Positions 27,501-40,397 of a stretch of 64,000 bases of DNA are shown here, in pieces. The stretch covers positions 2,046,001 through 2,110,000 of the forward strand of contig JANJGN010000053.1 in the NCBI GenBank assembly GCA_026770705.1. Reading direction: 5' to 3'. Below the pieces are notes generated by a model. The model saw only the letters and a program-made list of their open reading frames with translations, did no database searches and had not been told where the DNA came from. Source of the stretch: Isurus oxyrinchus (lineage: Eukaryota). Within the stretch, counting starts at the first letter, position 1. Each line of letters starts with the position of its first letter. Both the position numbers and the translations under genes were made by a program.

Positions 27501-27800
27501 ACTCCTTTACCATTACCAGCTAGAAGGACAAGGGCAGCAGAGAGATGGGAACACCAGCACTTGGATGCTACTGCCCAAGTCATTCACCATTCTGACTTTG
27601 AAATTTACTGCTGTTCCCTAACTGTTGCTGGGTCAAAATACTGAAAATCCTTTCCTTACAGCATTGTGTCTGCACCTAGAACACATGGACTGCAACGGTT
27701 CAGTAAGGCAGCTCCCCACCAACTTGTCAAGGGCTACTGTGGATGGGCATATAAATGCTGGCATAGCCAGCGATGACAACATCCTGTGAATGACTGAAGA
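24570..27800 (+). mobile_element. Apparently full-length ~3.2 kb LINE with a tRNA-derived head, no ORF1 and a decayed EN-RT ORF
   Basis: A box TGGTGTAGTGG (24577-24587) and B-box-like GGTGTGAATTC (24641-24651). EN from ~24960: LLTNIWRL...VIVMLTESYL...GYVLSHGQDR, EPTRGKNILDLILTN, SDQH. RT: VPQISVLGPTIF, FANYCT. Tail hairpin GCTGGCataGCCAGC. Confidence 0.85.
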
Positions 27801-27889
27801 ATGAGTCCCTTTTTTCTGCTTCCTTTTCTGCTTTTCTCATTCCAAGGGATGCAGAATGTTAATGGCAGTTGCAGACGATTGTTTCAAAC

Positions 27890-28410
27890 AAGGCCACATC
27901 TGCCTGGAACACTTCGTGCTCAATTAGGTCGCTTCCTTGGATGAGAGCAGCTTCAGCAACGCTTAAGTTCTTGACAGCATGCACGACACGTTATCGCACT
28001 TTTTTCATACTGCATCCACAAATATCCACTTACTCATCCACCAACGGACTTTGGCGACAGTGCATAACATTTAGAAGGTGCAGTACAGGAATTCATGACT
28101 ACTCATCAGCAACACCTTCCATAACTACCACCCCTGCCAATTAGAAGGACAAGGTCGGCAGACTCATGGATACACCACAAACTGGATGTTCCCCTCCATG
28201 TCACTCACATCTTGACTTGGAAATGTATAGCTATTCCGTCACTGCCCCTGGTTTAAACACTTGGAATTCACCCTGTAAGCACTGCGTGTGTAACTAGGCT
28301 ATATGGTCTGCAGCTCTTCAAGACCACCACCTTCTCAAGGGCAATTATGGATGGGCATTAAATCGTGTCCTTGCTGACAACACTCACATCCCTTGGAATA
28401 ATTAAGAATA
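27890..28410 (+). mobile_element. LINE 3' fragment
   Basis: Ends accaccttctcaagggcaattatggatgggcattaaat. Confidence 0.75.
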
Positions 28411-29189
28411 TATATCACCTGCTGCCCCTTTCAGCAATCCCCAGAAGCTGTCGTGAAAGCAGACCATTTGTTTAAGTTAAAATGTATAATTATTGTACTT
28501 GATAATAATTCTAATTGTAACACAATGGGTTTCAGTGGATAACTATATAACAGAACTCAGCGTGCTGGAGAAATTGATTCCTGGACCAGGACACTCTAGG
28601 AAACTCAAAGCACCTGTTGAAAAAACCCAAGAGTTTGTAATGAGAGGAGAACATGTATTTTTTGAGTGAATGTCGTTCAGTTGGTCTTTGCATAGTAAAC
28701 GGATGATGAATATATATTTATTGAAGTTTGACTGTCTAACGTTGACTACAACGTGTTGTCTAGCAGCTACAGTATGAGGGCAATGACTGTCAGACCCCAC
28801 TATAGGCTGAAGGCTCCAGCAAGCAAGATGGGTTACTGAAGGGTACAATTCAAAGCCTAAAGTGGGAGAAGGAAGAATTGCACACTCAGTGCAAAGAGAA
28901 GAGAGGCATCCTTTACATATAGTTTGCGACGGGCAGGGGTTGGGGTGGCAGACTTTCTCAAGAGACAGGGATCTTAACGAACACATTTGATCGTCGATCT
29001 GACTGCAGTGGTTAGGCACTTTGCTTCCAAGTGTACTGGTTTGGACGTTAAGGTGTAGTACACCGTATTGTTATTTTTCCCTCTACAGTGTCCCCGTCAA
29101 AGACTCTCATGACAGGTGCAGGCACAGCACGGGGTTAGAATCAGACTAAATATTTCTCTGCAATTTATTTCCATCTAAATCACACCACC

Positions 29190-30360
29190 TGTTGAAATTT
29201 ATATTAGGTTCCTAAATCTGGAATTTAACGCTCGTGACAATAGTGACCATGAGACCTTTACCGAATCGACTAATTGCAGACGACAGGCTGGGCTGACCAA
29301 GTCCCAAAGATCTTGGCTGCTAAACTGGATCTGAAGTAGGCGTTGAGGAAACCAACAAGAGGGAAGCGCATACTTGACCTCTCCTCAACAACCTGTGTGT
29401 CCAGATGAATCTGTCCATGACGGTATCGCTAGGAGCGACCACAGCACAACACTTGTGGAGACAATTTACCCTTTTCACGTTGAGGATCGCCTCTATCATT
29501 TCGTGTGCCTCTGCTCCATGCTAAATTGGATACATTTCAAACAGATCTAGCAACTAAAAACTGGGCAACAATGAGGTGCTGTAGGCAGCAGCAACAGGAT
29601 TGTAATTAACCACATCTGGTAACCTCACTTTCGACATACGCTCTACTTTACCATGACCACCAAACCAAGGGATTAACCCAGGTTAAATGAAGGGTAAAGG
29701 GAGGCATGTCAAGAGCAATACCAGGCAGACAAAAAATGAGGAGACAACCTGGTGAAGTTACAACACAGGACTACTTGTGTGTGAAAAATATAAACAGCAA
29801 ACATTAGACAGAGCTAAGCGATCCCCGAACCAACTGATCAGGCATAATTCTTCAGACCTCCAAGACACGTTCGTGAATGTTGGTAGACAATTAAACAACT
29901 CAATGGAGGAACAGGCTCCACAAATGATGGAGGAGCCCAGTACATCAGTGCAAAAGATAATGCTGAAGCATTCGAAACTGTCGTCAGCTAGGAGTGACGA
30001 ATGGATGATCCATCTCGGCTTCATTCGGAGGCCCCCAGCATCACAGATGCCAGTCTTCAGCCAATTCACTTTGCTCTACGTGATATGAAGAACCGTCTGA
30101 AGTACTGCATATTGCGAATGGTAAGGCTGCTGACAATATTTAGGCATTGACACTGAAGACTGGTTCTCTGAAACTCAAAGCACCCCCAGGCAAGCTGTTC
30201 CAGTGCAGCTACAACGCTGGCTTCTACCCAGCAATGTGGATACCTGTCCAGTTATGCCCTGTACACAAAAAGCAGGGCAAATATGGTGAGGACAGTTGCC
30301 GTCCCATCAGTCTACTCTCAATCATCAGTAAAGTAATGTAAGGAGTCATCAACAATGCTG
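29190..30360 (+). mobile_element. Internally deleted SINE-headed LINE copy
   Basis: SINE body (aaatctggaatt...gtgaccatga) joined to the EN C-terminus (ccaacaagagggaag...acttgacctc) and CPVHKKQGK...RPISLLSIISKVM. Confidence 0.7.
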
Positions 30361-30364
30361 GGCG

Positions 30365-31390
30365 GCAGGAGGCGACTATTGGGATTTATGAAGGGATCAG
30401 TGTTTGATCCTGATGATACATATCAACGAATTGGATCAGAGAACCAAGTTAATTATTTCCAAGTTTGCTGACGACACAAACCTATGTAGGAATGTGAGTT
30501 GTGAGGAGGATGTTAAGAAACTTCAGTGCGATTTAGTCAAGATGGGTGAATGGGAAAATGTATGGCAGATACCGTATGATGATAATAAGTTGAGGTTTTT
30601 TCACTTCAGAAGGAACAACAGTATAACAGATTATTATTTAAATGGTGATCGATAGGGTAAAGTTGATGATCAAATGGACCTGGTTGCTCTTGTACACCAA
30701 TCACTGAAAAACAAGCGTGAAGGTCAGCAAGCTGTTAAGCAGGCAAATGGTATGTTGGACTCCATTGCAACTGGACTTGAGTACATGAGTAACGATGTCT
30801 TGCCACATCTGTACATGGCCTGGTTGATACCACAGCAGCAGAATGGTGCGCATTTTTGTTCCCCTTACGTAAGAAAAGATATCCCTGGCAAAGAGGGAGT
30901 GCAGCAAATGTGCGCTAGACTGTTTCTTAGTGAGGCAGGATTGTCGCATGAGGACAGGTAGGGGCGTCTATGCCTGTTTACACTGGAGTTCCGAAGATTG
31001 AGAGGGGATTTCATTGAATGTATACAATTCTGACAGGGCTGGACCTGCTGGATAGAGTGATCTTATTTCCTCAGTATCGGGATCCAGAAAAATAGGGTCA
31101 CAGTCTCAGGTTACGGGGCATTTCATTAAGCACTGTGAGGAGAAGGAACTTCTTCACTCAGGAGATGGTGAACTGTGTAATTGTCTACCACAGTAGGCTG
31201 TGCATGCCATGTCACTGAACACGTTTTTGCAAAATCTGAGCTAATTTCTAGACAGTAAATAAGTCAAGGGGAATGAGTAGAGAGCGGGAGTAAGTTATTG
31301 AGCTAGAGGATAAACCATGATCATATTGAATGGGGGAGCAAGCTCAGAGGGCAGAATGACTTATTACTGATCGCATTTCCTGCTTTTGCT
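30365..31390 (+). mobile_element. 5'-truncated CR1 LINE
   Basis: ISKFADDTNL, KLQCDL, QQAVKQANGML, and the CR1 3' tail near 31310-31390. Confidence 0.85.
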
Positions 31391-31409
31391 TGAGTCTGCT
31401 CTGCACCTT

Positions 31410-32340
31410 GCCCCCTGTGTACCATTACTGGGAATGTTTGATTGGGCTATTGTGGCGGGGAATAACTCTGTATCTAAACCCATGCATAAAAGAGCCCTGC
31501 GAGTGATTGATGGGGGCGCTGTTGAGAAAGCCTTACTCACTGCCTAACCCTGTGATATATGGGTGCTTTTAATTGGGGCGCAGTGTGGAGTGCGTTTAAA
31601 TCTATATATTACTCTGTGCTTTACCTGACCACCGATTTATGATGGAAACAGTGTAGAGCAATATTTTCTCTGTACTTAATCTTTGCTGTACCTGCCGTGG
31701 GGTGTTTGATGGGGGCGATGTAGAGACACATTTCTGCTGCATCACACTCTTAGCTGCACGAGTCCTTGGAGTGTTTGAGGGGAACAGCGCAGGAGGACCC
31801 CTAACTCTGTACCTTAATACTCCTTGATCTGCCCTGCGAGTGTTTGATGAACAAAGCCCATGATAGATTCACTTTGATTCTACCCTGTGTTGTGCGTGCC
31901 CCGGTAAGGTTTGATGGGGACAGGGAGATTTAGTCTCTATCTAACCCGGCGGTGTGCCTTGCCCGATTGTAACTGATATGTCAGTGTAGAAGGAGGTTGC
32001 ACCTGGCATGCATGTGTTTGTTGCTGAGGGGAAAGAGAAATGTTTACTCAGTGCTGTACCTGTCCTGGGAGTCTTTGATGGGGACACTGGAGAGGGAGCT
32101 TTTCTCTGTATCCAACCCCGTGCTCTACCTGTCCTGGGAGGGTTTGATGGGAACAGTGCAGTGGAAGCACGGATCGTCATCTAACCTCTTGCTTTGTCTG
32201 TTATGGAAGTGTTGGGTATGGACACTATGGAGGGACATTAACACTGTAACCAACTTCATGTTTTAGCTGTACTGGCAGTTTTTGATGGGGGCAGTATAGA
32301 GGGAGTTTTACTCTGTATCTCACCCCTTGTTCTACCTGTC
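31410..32340. repeat. Degenerate ~68-bp minisatellite, about 14 units
   Basis: Approximate unit gtacctgtcctgggagtgtttgatggggacagtgtagagggagctttactctgtatctaaccccgtgct; an inverted single unit lies near 29080-29160. Confidence 0.85.
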
Positions 32341-34179
32341 CTCTCTCCCTCTCACGTTGGCCCTTCTATCACACTAACACACCCTCACACGGAAGGACAC
32401 TCGTACCAAACACACACATGCACACACACATGCACACACACGGACACACTCCTGGACACATGTGCAGATACACACTGACACACACAGGGGCACACACTCT
32501 GAGACATACAAAGACATGGACATGCATAGACATGGACACATACACAGAGAGCAGAATTTCCTGGCTGCATCATGGTGGGACCCAGTGTGTGTGATTGGAC
32601 GGTCCAGGCAGAAATGCATAGACTACAGTGACTTCCCGAAATTAATGGTTAAAAAGTTAAATGTTAGCAACAAATCAAGGGATATAGGAAGTTTCAAAAT
32701 GTTTACGAAAGTCTGGAATAGCAGGATAAGTGACCGAAATCCACATAGGAATTGATGTGGCCGGTTTTGCATGGCTCGAACAACATTAGAACTGAGTGGG
32801 GTGGCAGGGGGTCCACATGAGTTGTGACTGTTTATTTACCTGAGGTTTAATTTTTCACCAGCCTCACCACATCCTACCACCAACGCACCCCACCCCCCAC
32901 CCCTTCCACAGCCCCCATACACGCAATCCAGAAGTTTTATACCATGCTTGCAGCCCAGAGCCCAGAGTTAAAGTACCTTGTCTATAGCGCTTTCACACAA
33001 ACGTGTCAACTCCTGGTATCTGAGGAAATTAAACAGTTAGTTATAATTACAGAATAATCCATTATTTGGAAAGGGCTGTATGATAAATTGGACAAATGTG
33101 ATATTTTTAAAAAAGCCCAAAGGAATCAGCTCCTCTTTGCCAGTTTAAAGGGGGAGCCTTTTCTGGAGGCCTGAAGAGATGTGTCCAAATTTGGAATGCA
33201 TAGAACAGATGGAGAGAAGGTGGTGAATGGACACACAGTATCTCGGGCGGGGGGAAAGTGTGTTCTTAAATGTGCCAGTGCACTTGTTCGCTCTCCCATT
33301 GGGTTCTTGTTCTGCGTCAAATTCGCCAGCAGAATGTTCTGCAATACAACTTTTAAAACATTTTAATTCATCGACTGAGGCACGTTTCCCAAGGCCTGCA
33401 CTTAAATTTCGAAATGTGACGGTGCTCTGTTAAGACATATTTTAGTCCCCGAATAATTTCTGGGCTAAATGCCCAATGGCACATTAGGCAGGTCAAATGT
33501 GTTGGTAGGGTTGGAAAAACCGTGTGGTTTTTGGAATATGTCAGTTGTTTTACCCCCACCTCAAAATTAACCAGGGAGGTTAGTCCTTTCTGAGGGTTGG
33601 GTAAGGACACATTGATCTGCATAGTGGTCTTGCTTTGCAAACCTTACCTGCAGAATTTCCTGAACTGTAATTGTGGCAACTCTGCCTCAAGTATGTTTTA
33701 CTGAAGACCTGACTGTGGATTGCTTCCAGCCCCCAACACATCACTCTCCACAACCAAACTTCTCTGCATAAATTAATGGCAAATATAAAACATGGCTGCA
33801 GTGTCGAGTGCCCTTATTTAAAACTGCGAGACAGATAAATATTCAGAGCGTATTTCAATCAAAATTCATCCACGAATAGGGAGTAAAAGGGGCAAGGACA
33901 TCGAGATACTTATCAAGAGCAGGAGGGAAGAAAGATAAGCAAATATGGAGGAGCTAGATAGGTACAGACTGAAGGGGAAATAAATATATAGAGAGTGAAA
34001 GAGATGGAGAGGTGAAAGCGCTAGGAGTGGAAGGCTCCCTGTGAATTATTCATGTACAGACAACCACAAATCTGAAATGAGTAGGTACGTGGTTCAGGGC
34101 CGGGATGCAGTTTGGGGGATGGCTAATGTGAGAGAGAAAAGCCTGTATTGAATCTGTACAGGGGGCATTGAATTATAGA

Positions 34180-36020
34180 GCGACAATCCTGGTGTGAGCG
34201 CCCACTTGGGACCGGGGCTGCAGTGAAGTGAGAGGGGCAATCAGGGCTGAGCATCCAACGGGGGGGGGTTTGAAGATTTTGGAGCGGGGCAATTCTGGAC
34301 TAAGCAGTTATTGGGCGGACGTAGGGAGAGGGAGGACGGCTGCAATGAGTAGGAGAGGGCAGGTGCTGGACTGAGCGGGTACAGGATGATATCAGTCATT
34401 GTGCTGATTGGTTGGAAAAATAGCAAATAGATTTCAATCCAGAGAAGTGTGAGGTAGTGCATTTGAGGACGGGAAATGCAGCAAGAAAATAGTTAATGAA
34501 ATGTGAGGATATTGAAAGTGTTAGTAGACGTGAGAGGCATTGAATTTGATGTGCCCAGATTGCTGATGATGGCTGGACAGGTGCAAAAGTTGTTAAAGAA
34601 AGCATATGGAATGCTTTCCTTTATTGGGCAATGTATTTTGAATACAAAAGTGGGAATGTAATGATGGTACGGCAATAGCTGGAATTTTGTGATCAGTATT
34701 GGTCACCACATTTCAGTAAGGACAGAATGACTCTGCAGAGAGCACAGAGGAGATATACAAAAATGTTGCTAGGGCAGCAAATTGCAGCCAGCGCAGACAC
34801 AGTGGACTGACTGACTTGGTTTGCTGTCGTAAAATTTATATGGTTCAATGGAAAAGGAGAGGGGCAGTCCTGGGCTGAGATGGAATGCGTTGGGTATTGG
34901 GTGGTGAATAGGAATGGTGGAGTCCTGGACTGTGTCGATATGCAGTGGTGGATGCAGGGGGCTAGGGGGGTGTGGTGGTGTGGGGCCTGAATATGAGAGC
35001 GACGGTCGTGGACTGAGTTGATATTTGGTGGTGGACGATGAATGGGAGAGACTGAATGATTCCAAAACCGAATGCGAATGGGGTAGCGTAAGATGGGGGG
35101 AGGCAGTCAATGGGTGCAGGATGGAGAAACACCATCAGAATGTTTAGTGTTTTTCTTTAAATCAGGCAATAAATCAATTGCGGGGAATGTCAGGATTAAT
35201 GGGGGTGCGCTCAGATTTAATCAAGAACATCCGAGCTAATGGGTGAGGGAGGTGTTGTGAATGGGGGAGGGTCAGTCCTGGACTGAGTGGGTATATGCAT
35301 GATCGGTTTGCGGTGGGAAGCGAAAGATAGGAGAATACTTCAGAAGAGCTTGCTATGGTGTGGGGTAAGATGGGTGGGAGGGCGGGGGGGCGGAGGGCAG
35401 TGCGTGAGTAAGCAACTTTCCTGGACTCAGTGAGCAAAGCGCAAGGTCTGACTGGATTAATGGGGGAGGGACAGACCTTCACTGATTTCATAGGTGATTG
35501 GGTTTATTTTATTGGCGGTGGAGGGGGGCTGTTGGTGGAGGTGGGATAGAGAGAATGGGAGAGGGGCAGTCCTAGGCTTAGTGAGTATGGTGTGAGGTGA
35601 GAAGATGAAGAGTGAAAAACAGTTGAGATCGAGAGTGTATCGATTGGGGGACTTGAAGGACCTTGAAGGCAGGAGAGAGAATGCCCTCGATATGGGGTGG
35701 GTTATGGTGGTGTCAATTGGAGAATGACAGTCCTGCACTAAGTAAGAATGGGGTGGTGGGGTTCTGAAGGGAGTCAGTGAATGGGAATGGAATGGAGCAC
35801 ACCCATCAGTGTCTAAGTGTTTTTTGAAAAAGGCAGCAAAACACAAGGAGGTAGTCCTCAGAATTAACGTGGCCATGAGGCAAAATGATGGGGTCTCAGA
35901 ATAAAAGGGTTGGGGGGAGGGCTCATAATTAATGGTTCCGTCAGAATTTATGGGGGTCCTAATTATTAATGGGTGCCCCAGAATTAATGTACCACCTTCC
36001 GAATTATGAATGGTCAAAAC
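34180..36020. repeat. G-rich degenerate repeat region with a nested CR1 fragment (~34400-34830)
   Basis: Recurring GGCAGTCCTGGACTGAG-like motif, then a ~20-bp CTCAGAATTAATGGGG-like motif at 35850-36020. Confidence 0.6.
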
Positions 36021-36134
36021 TAATAAATAAGATGATCCTCATAATGAAGTGTGCAGTGGGGGTGGGGGTATTGGCGGGGTTAAATTTGAGGAGGCGCCAT
36101 AAAGTCTAACCAAGAGTCACAAAATAAAGTTTCT

Positions 36135-36780
36135 ATGTGTCAGTCTCTGCCTCTGGGTGTCAGAGGGTCTCTGACTCTGGGTGCCAGAGGGTATCTGTCT
36201 CCCCAACAGTCTCTCTCCCGTTCACCCCTCCTGCTCCCTGTCTCTGTCACCCCATCTCTCACACTCTCCCCCCTCTCTGCCTTCCTCCCTCCCTCTCTGT
36301 CTCTCTAGCCATCTGTCTGCCCTGCCCTCAGTCTCCTGCTTCTTTGTCTGTCCCTCTCCCACCCCGCCGCCCCACTCTCCTCACTTCTATTCCAGTCTGT
36401 CTCTCTCTCTCCGCCCACCTCTCCCCATCTCTCCCCCCCTCTCTCCCATTCCCTCTCTCTCTCACACTTTCTCTGTCACTCTCACTATATCTGTAGCTCT
36501 CAGTTCCATGTACCTCTCTCTTGCTCTTTGCTCCTCATACACACTGACTCGCAAAGCTCAGTCTCTTGCTCTCTCTCCTGCCTCTCCCTCTCTTTCCACC
36601 TCCTCTCTCACCCTCTCTCTCTACATCTATTTATTTATCTTAAGCTCTCTGCATCTCCAATTGTTTCTCTGTCTTCCTCTGGTCTATCTCTCTGTGTTTC
36701 TCTTGCTCTGTCTCCCTCACTTTCTTACCCACTCTCTATCTGTCTCCCCGTCACTCTCTCTTCTTATCCTTCTCATTAAT
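36135..36780. repeat. (CT)n-rich low-complexity tract
   Basis: Pyrimidine-rich interrupted CT runs. Confidence 0.85.
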
Positions 36781-37332
36781 TCTCTATCCAATTCCGCTTT
36801 AACCACCAATGTTCACGCTGAATCAACCCCCACTCATTTAAACTTTGAACTTACCTTACACCCTCTTATTGAACTTACTTTGTCTGACCCCTTCTCCCGG
36901 TGCTCTCTGGGATTTCCCTTCCTTGTTTCCAACAGAGTGATTCCTCCCCAGTCAGTATAAGGCTACGTGACGATGTGCATTCAGTCAGGCCAATGGGAGG
37001 TCAGAGCTGTTGGGAGGTGTTTAGTTTTTTCTCTCCATTCCGATAGGCAGTCTGCCTAATGGGAGTGTGGAGGCTTTCGGATGTGCTTTCAGTCCAATCC
37101 GGGAGTGTTAGCGACGACGGACAAGGCACGCCCGCGGTTTTGTGAGCAGATATTTTAAGATGTGCTTTTTAATTTCCAATCAGTGATGGATATCCTTTAG
37201 GAACAGGTAGCGTGGCCAATGCGAGTGAAGGGCTGTTACAAGGTGTGTCCTATCTGCCCAATCAAAGATCGGAATCCAAGATGGACAGGCCTCCCGACCA
37301 TTTGGAAACTCTCAGTGATTGACTTCTTCTTA

Positions 37333-38230
37333 TCATTGAATGCATTGAAGAATTGGTGTAAAGGGATATTTCAGCCCAATATTCAACTGTTGTCTGAACG
37401 CATTCCGTGTCACCACATAAATCACAGTGTTAATGTAACAGCTCAGGAGTTGCGGCATGAAGCCCAATTCCTGAACAAAGCGATCTAACCATACTGAAAT
37501 AAACCCCAAGAACAACATGCGGTTCCGTACAGAAAAGAGCATCAACATTGACCATAAGAGGGTGAAATTGGCCGAGATCGCAAACAGCAAAATGATGGAT
37601 TTCATTTCGACTCTCCATCCCTGGGTCTCTGGGTTCTCCCCACGGCTGTGAGCCCGGAGTCTCCTGCGGGCTCTGCTGCTCATTAAAGTGTGTCAAACGG
37701 TGAGAACATTGAGCAGCAGAATCAGGACAAATGGGACAGACGGGGTGAGTATCTAATTGGTGAACTTGACTGTTACCCAGAACTGAGAGAACAGAACAGC
37801 GAGTGTGGTATTACAAAACCAGGGGATGTTCACCAGCCGATACCCACCTGTGAACACTAAGAACCAGAAAATATTCTTTAAACAACTCAGCACATTCACT
37901 GTTCCCAGAACCACAGCCGCCGTTTTCTCGCTGCAATATTTACTTTTCCGTTTTGGACAACAAATGGCCACAAATCGGTAAAAGGTGAAAGTAACAGTGA
38001 ACCAGACAGAACTGTCTGTGGCCGCATGAAGCAGGACGGCGTGGATATTACACACGGGGATGGAATACAGGAAATGAAACTGTTCATTGAAAACAATCGG
38101 AATATGCCTCAGTGTCAGGTCCAGGATAACGACCAGTAGATCCGCCATTGCCATGGCCCCAGGTAACAAGTGGCACATTTGGACAGGCCACGGTTTTTAA
38201 ACTTCAGGATCACAATTGTGATTACGTTCA
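37333..38230 (-). pseudogene. GPR139-like GPCR exon 2 (end of TM1 to C-terminus), pseudogenised
   Basis: Acceptor tttcccttgcttacAG at 38232-38231, then NVITIVILKFKNRGLSKCATCYL / AMAMADLLVVILD...SVWFTVTFTFYRFVAICC...KSIILLFAIS...LLSCYINTVIYVVTRNAFRQQL. Lesions: -1 frameshift near 38158, TAG at 37753, TGA near 37695, and a paired frameshift in ICL3. Confidence 0.92.
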
Positions 38231-38959
38231 CTGTAAGCAAGGGAAATAAACATTACAATTATTAATCAGGCAGGGGAAGGGGTTGACAGTCGTTTGTGGA
38301 GCTATTGATATTTTCAAATGCATGATTGAAATTGGTGATCTATTGAAATAAATTGACCTAAAAGAAGAAATGGGAAGGCCGCTGATTCGGGGAAGGAAGC
38401 AGGGGTTAAGAAACAGGAACGAGGTTAGGATACAGAGGAGGTGGGAGGGACATGGGAGCCAAACAATGTAGGGACCGAAAGGTGAGTCGGGAGTAAAGGG
38501 AAAACAGCCGGCCAGGTGCCGCTTGGCGCGCATGTGCAAAATTCAGGGAAGTCCCGCAGTCAATCAAAAGAGCAATTAAGCCCAATAATGGCACAATTGC
38601 CTCCGAGTTTTATTGGTTCATCCAACCTTACGGTTGGTGGAAGGGCTAAACGGTCAGGCGGCCTTTACCTATTGCATTAAATCTCATGCAATGGATGGAT
38701 TAAATCTCCGTTTTGAAATAAAATTCATAAAAACTGTGCTCAGCATTTTATTAGCTATATTTTCAGGTGATTGACTTTGAAGCGTAGATGTTTTACGCTT
38801 TTTAAAACTTTATATGATGATTTTCAGGTCAGAAACTGCCTGAGGCAGCTATCTGCCTTCAGGGAGCTGTGTCACAGCGCTCACTCGCACCCGTGGAAAC
38901 CTCATCGCCGGGCCTCTTCCCTCCCTCTCCTAGGCAGCGATTAAATTTTCAGCTCACGC

Positions 38960-40261
38960 TACTCTCTCCCCACCCTCTCTCTCTATCTCTCAGGCAAACA
39001 CACAGATGCGCATTCTCAGAAACACCCACTAACATAAAGAAACAGACAAAAACACACACCTACTTACATACGCACACACTTAGTCTCAGAGGTACAATCA
39101 CACAGTCAAAGAAACACAGTCCTACACAGTCGCACTCACACTCTCTCTCACATGCATTCCAGCAAACACACGCACACACATACACACAAACATGCGCACA
39201 CACAAACACACACTAACACACATGAATACACACAGAATATCACTGAAACACTTAGGATAGGCACACATACGCACTCACTCACCCTTTCCTCCCTCACTCT
39301 CTCTCTCTCTCTCTTTCTCCTTTTTTCTCTCTCAGGCACATAGACACATGAAGACACACAGGCAAACACACTCGTGAAGAAACGCACACACAGACACAGA
39401 AAAACATACTCAAACAATCTCTCACATAAACGCATTAGCACTCACAAACCCTCACACACTCGGAGTCACAAACCCGCAGAATCACCCACATATGCACTCT
39501 CACATACTTACATAAATCACCCTAAAATAAATCATAAACACACCCATGCACTTACAAACACACACTTGCACACACACACGCTTGCACAACACATACACTA
39601 CAACGCACAGAAATTCAAAAACACTCACAAGTACTGAAAATCAGAAACATAAGAACAAACCCACTCTCTCTCACACACACACACGTGCACCGTCACATAC
39701 TGTCAACCACTCATTTAGCAGCTCATGTGCAAACACACAGAAACACACACACACATACACACAGAAACCCACACAAGCAAGTTCACCGAGACTCACAAGA
39801 AAACACATACCCTCACGCACAGATACATACACACACACACTCAAAAAGACACACCCGTACACAATCATACACTCAGAGTCACACACTCGGTGAAGCATGC
39901 GCATACACACAAAACATCACATTAGAACGCAATGTTCACACGCACACACGCACAGTCACACAGAAATACAGAGACATACACAGACACAGATACAGATGCA
40001 CAAGCACAGATACACACACATAGACACTCTCAAACTCAAGCAGTAATAAACATTCCTACATGGGCATAGAAACAGACACATGCATTCACACACAGACATA
40101 CTCATGAATACACAGATAAATACACACACAGACACAAAGGCACATACGCACAGGAATCTACACAAACAGAGAAACACACACACACAGACATACACAGATA
40201 CACAGGCACACACAGACACACACACTGAAACTCTCAAACTTGAACACAAATACACAATCTC
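38960..40261. repeat. Long degenerate (CA)n/(CT)n tract ending at an assembly gap
   Basis: Interrupted CA repeats over about 1.3 kb. Confidence 0.9.
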
Positions 40262-40397
40262 NNNNNNNNNNNNNNNNNNNNNNNNNNNNNNNNNNNNNNN
40301 NNNNNNNNNNNNNNNNNNNNNNNNNNNNNNNNNNNNNNNNNNNNNNNNNNNNNNNNNNNNNNNNNNNNNNNNNNNNNNNNNNNNNNNNNNNNNNNNN
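40262..40397. other. Assembly gap (136 N)
   Basis: Run of N. Confidence 1.

Noticed and set aside
31410-32340. Repeat array as a CRISPR-like structure
   Set aside because: Whole units repeat without unique spacers; eukaryotic context and no cas genes.
33200-33780. Possible non-autonomous DNA transposon (also 38380-38960)
   Set aside because: Terminal inverted repeats and target duplications could not be defined by eye.
36181-36960. 259-aa Leu/Ser-rich ORF resembling a membrane protein
   Set aside because: Translation of CT low-complexity sequence, which lacks stop codons.
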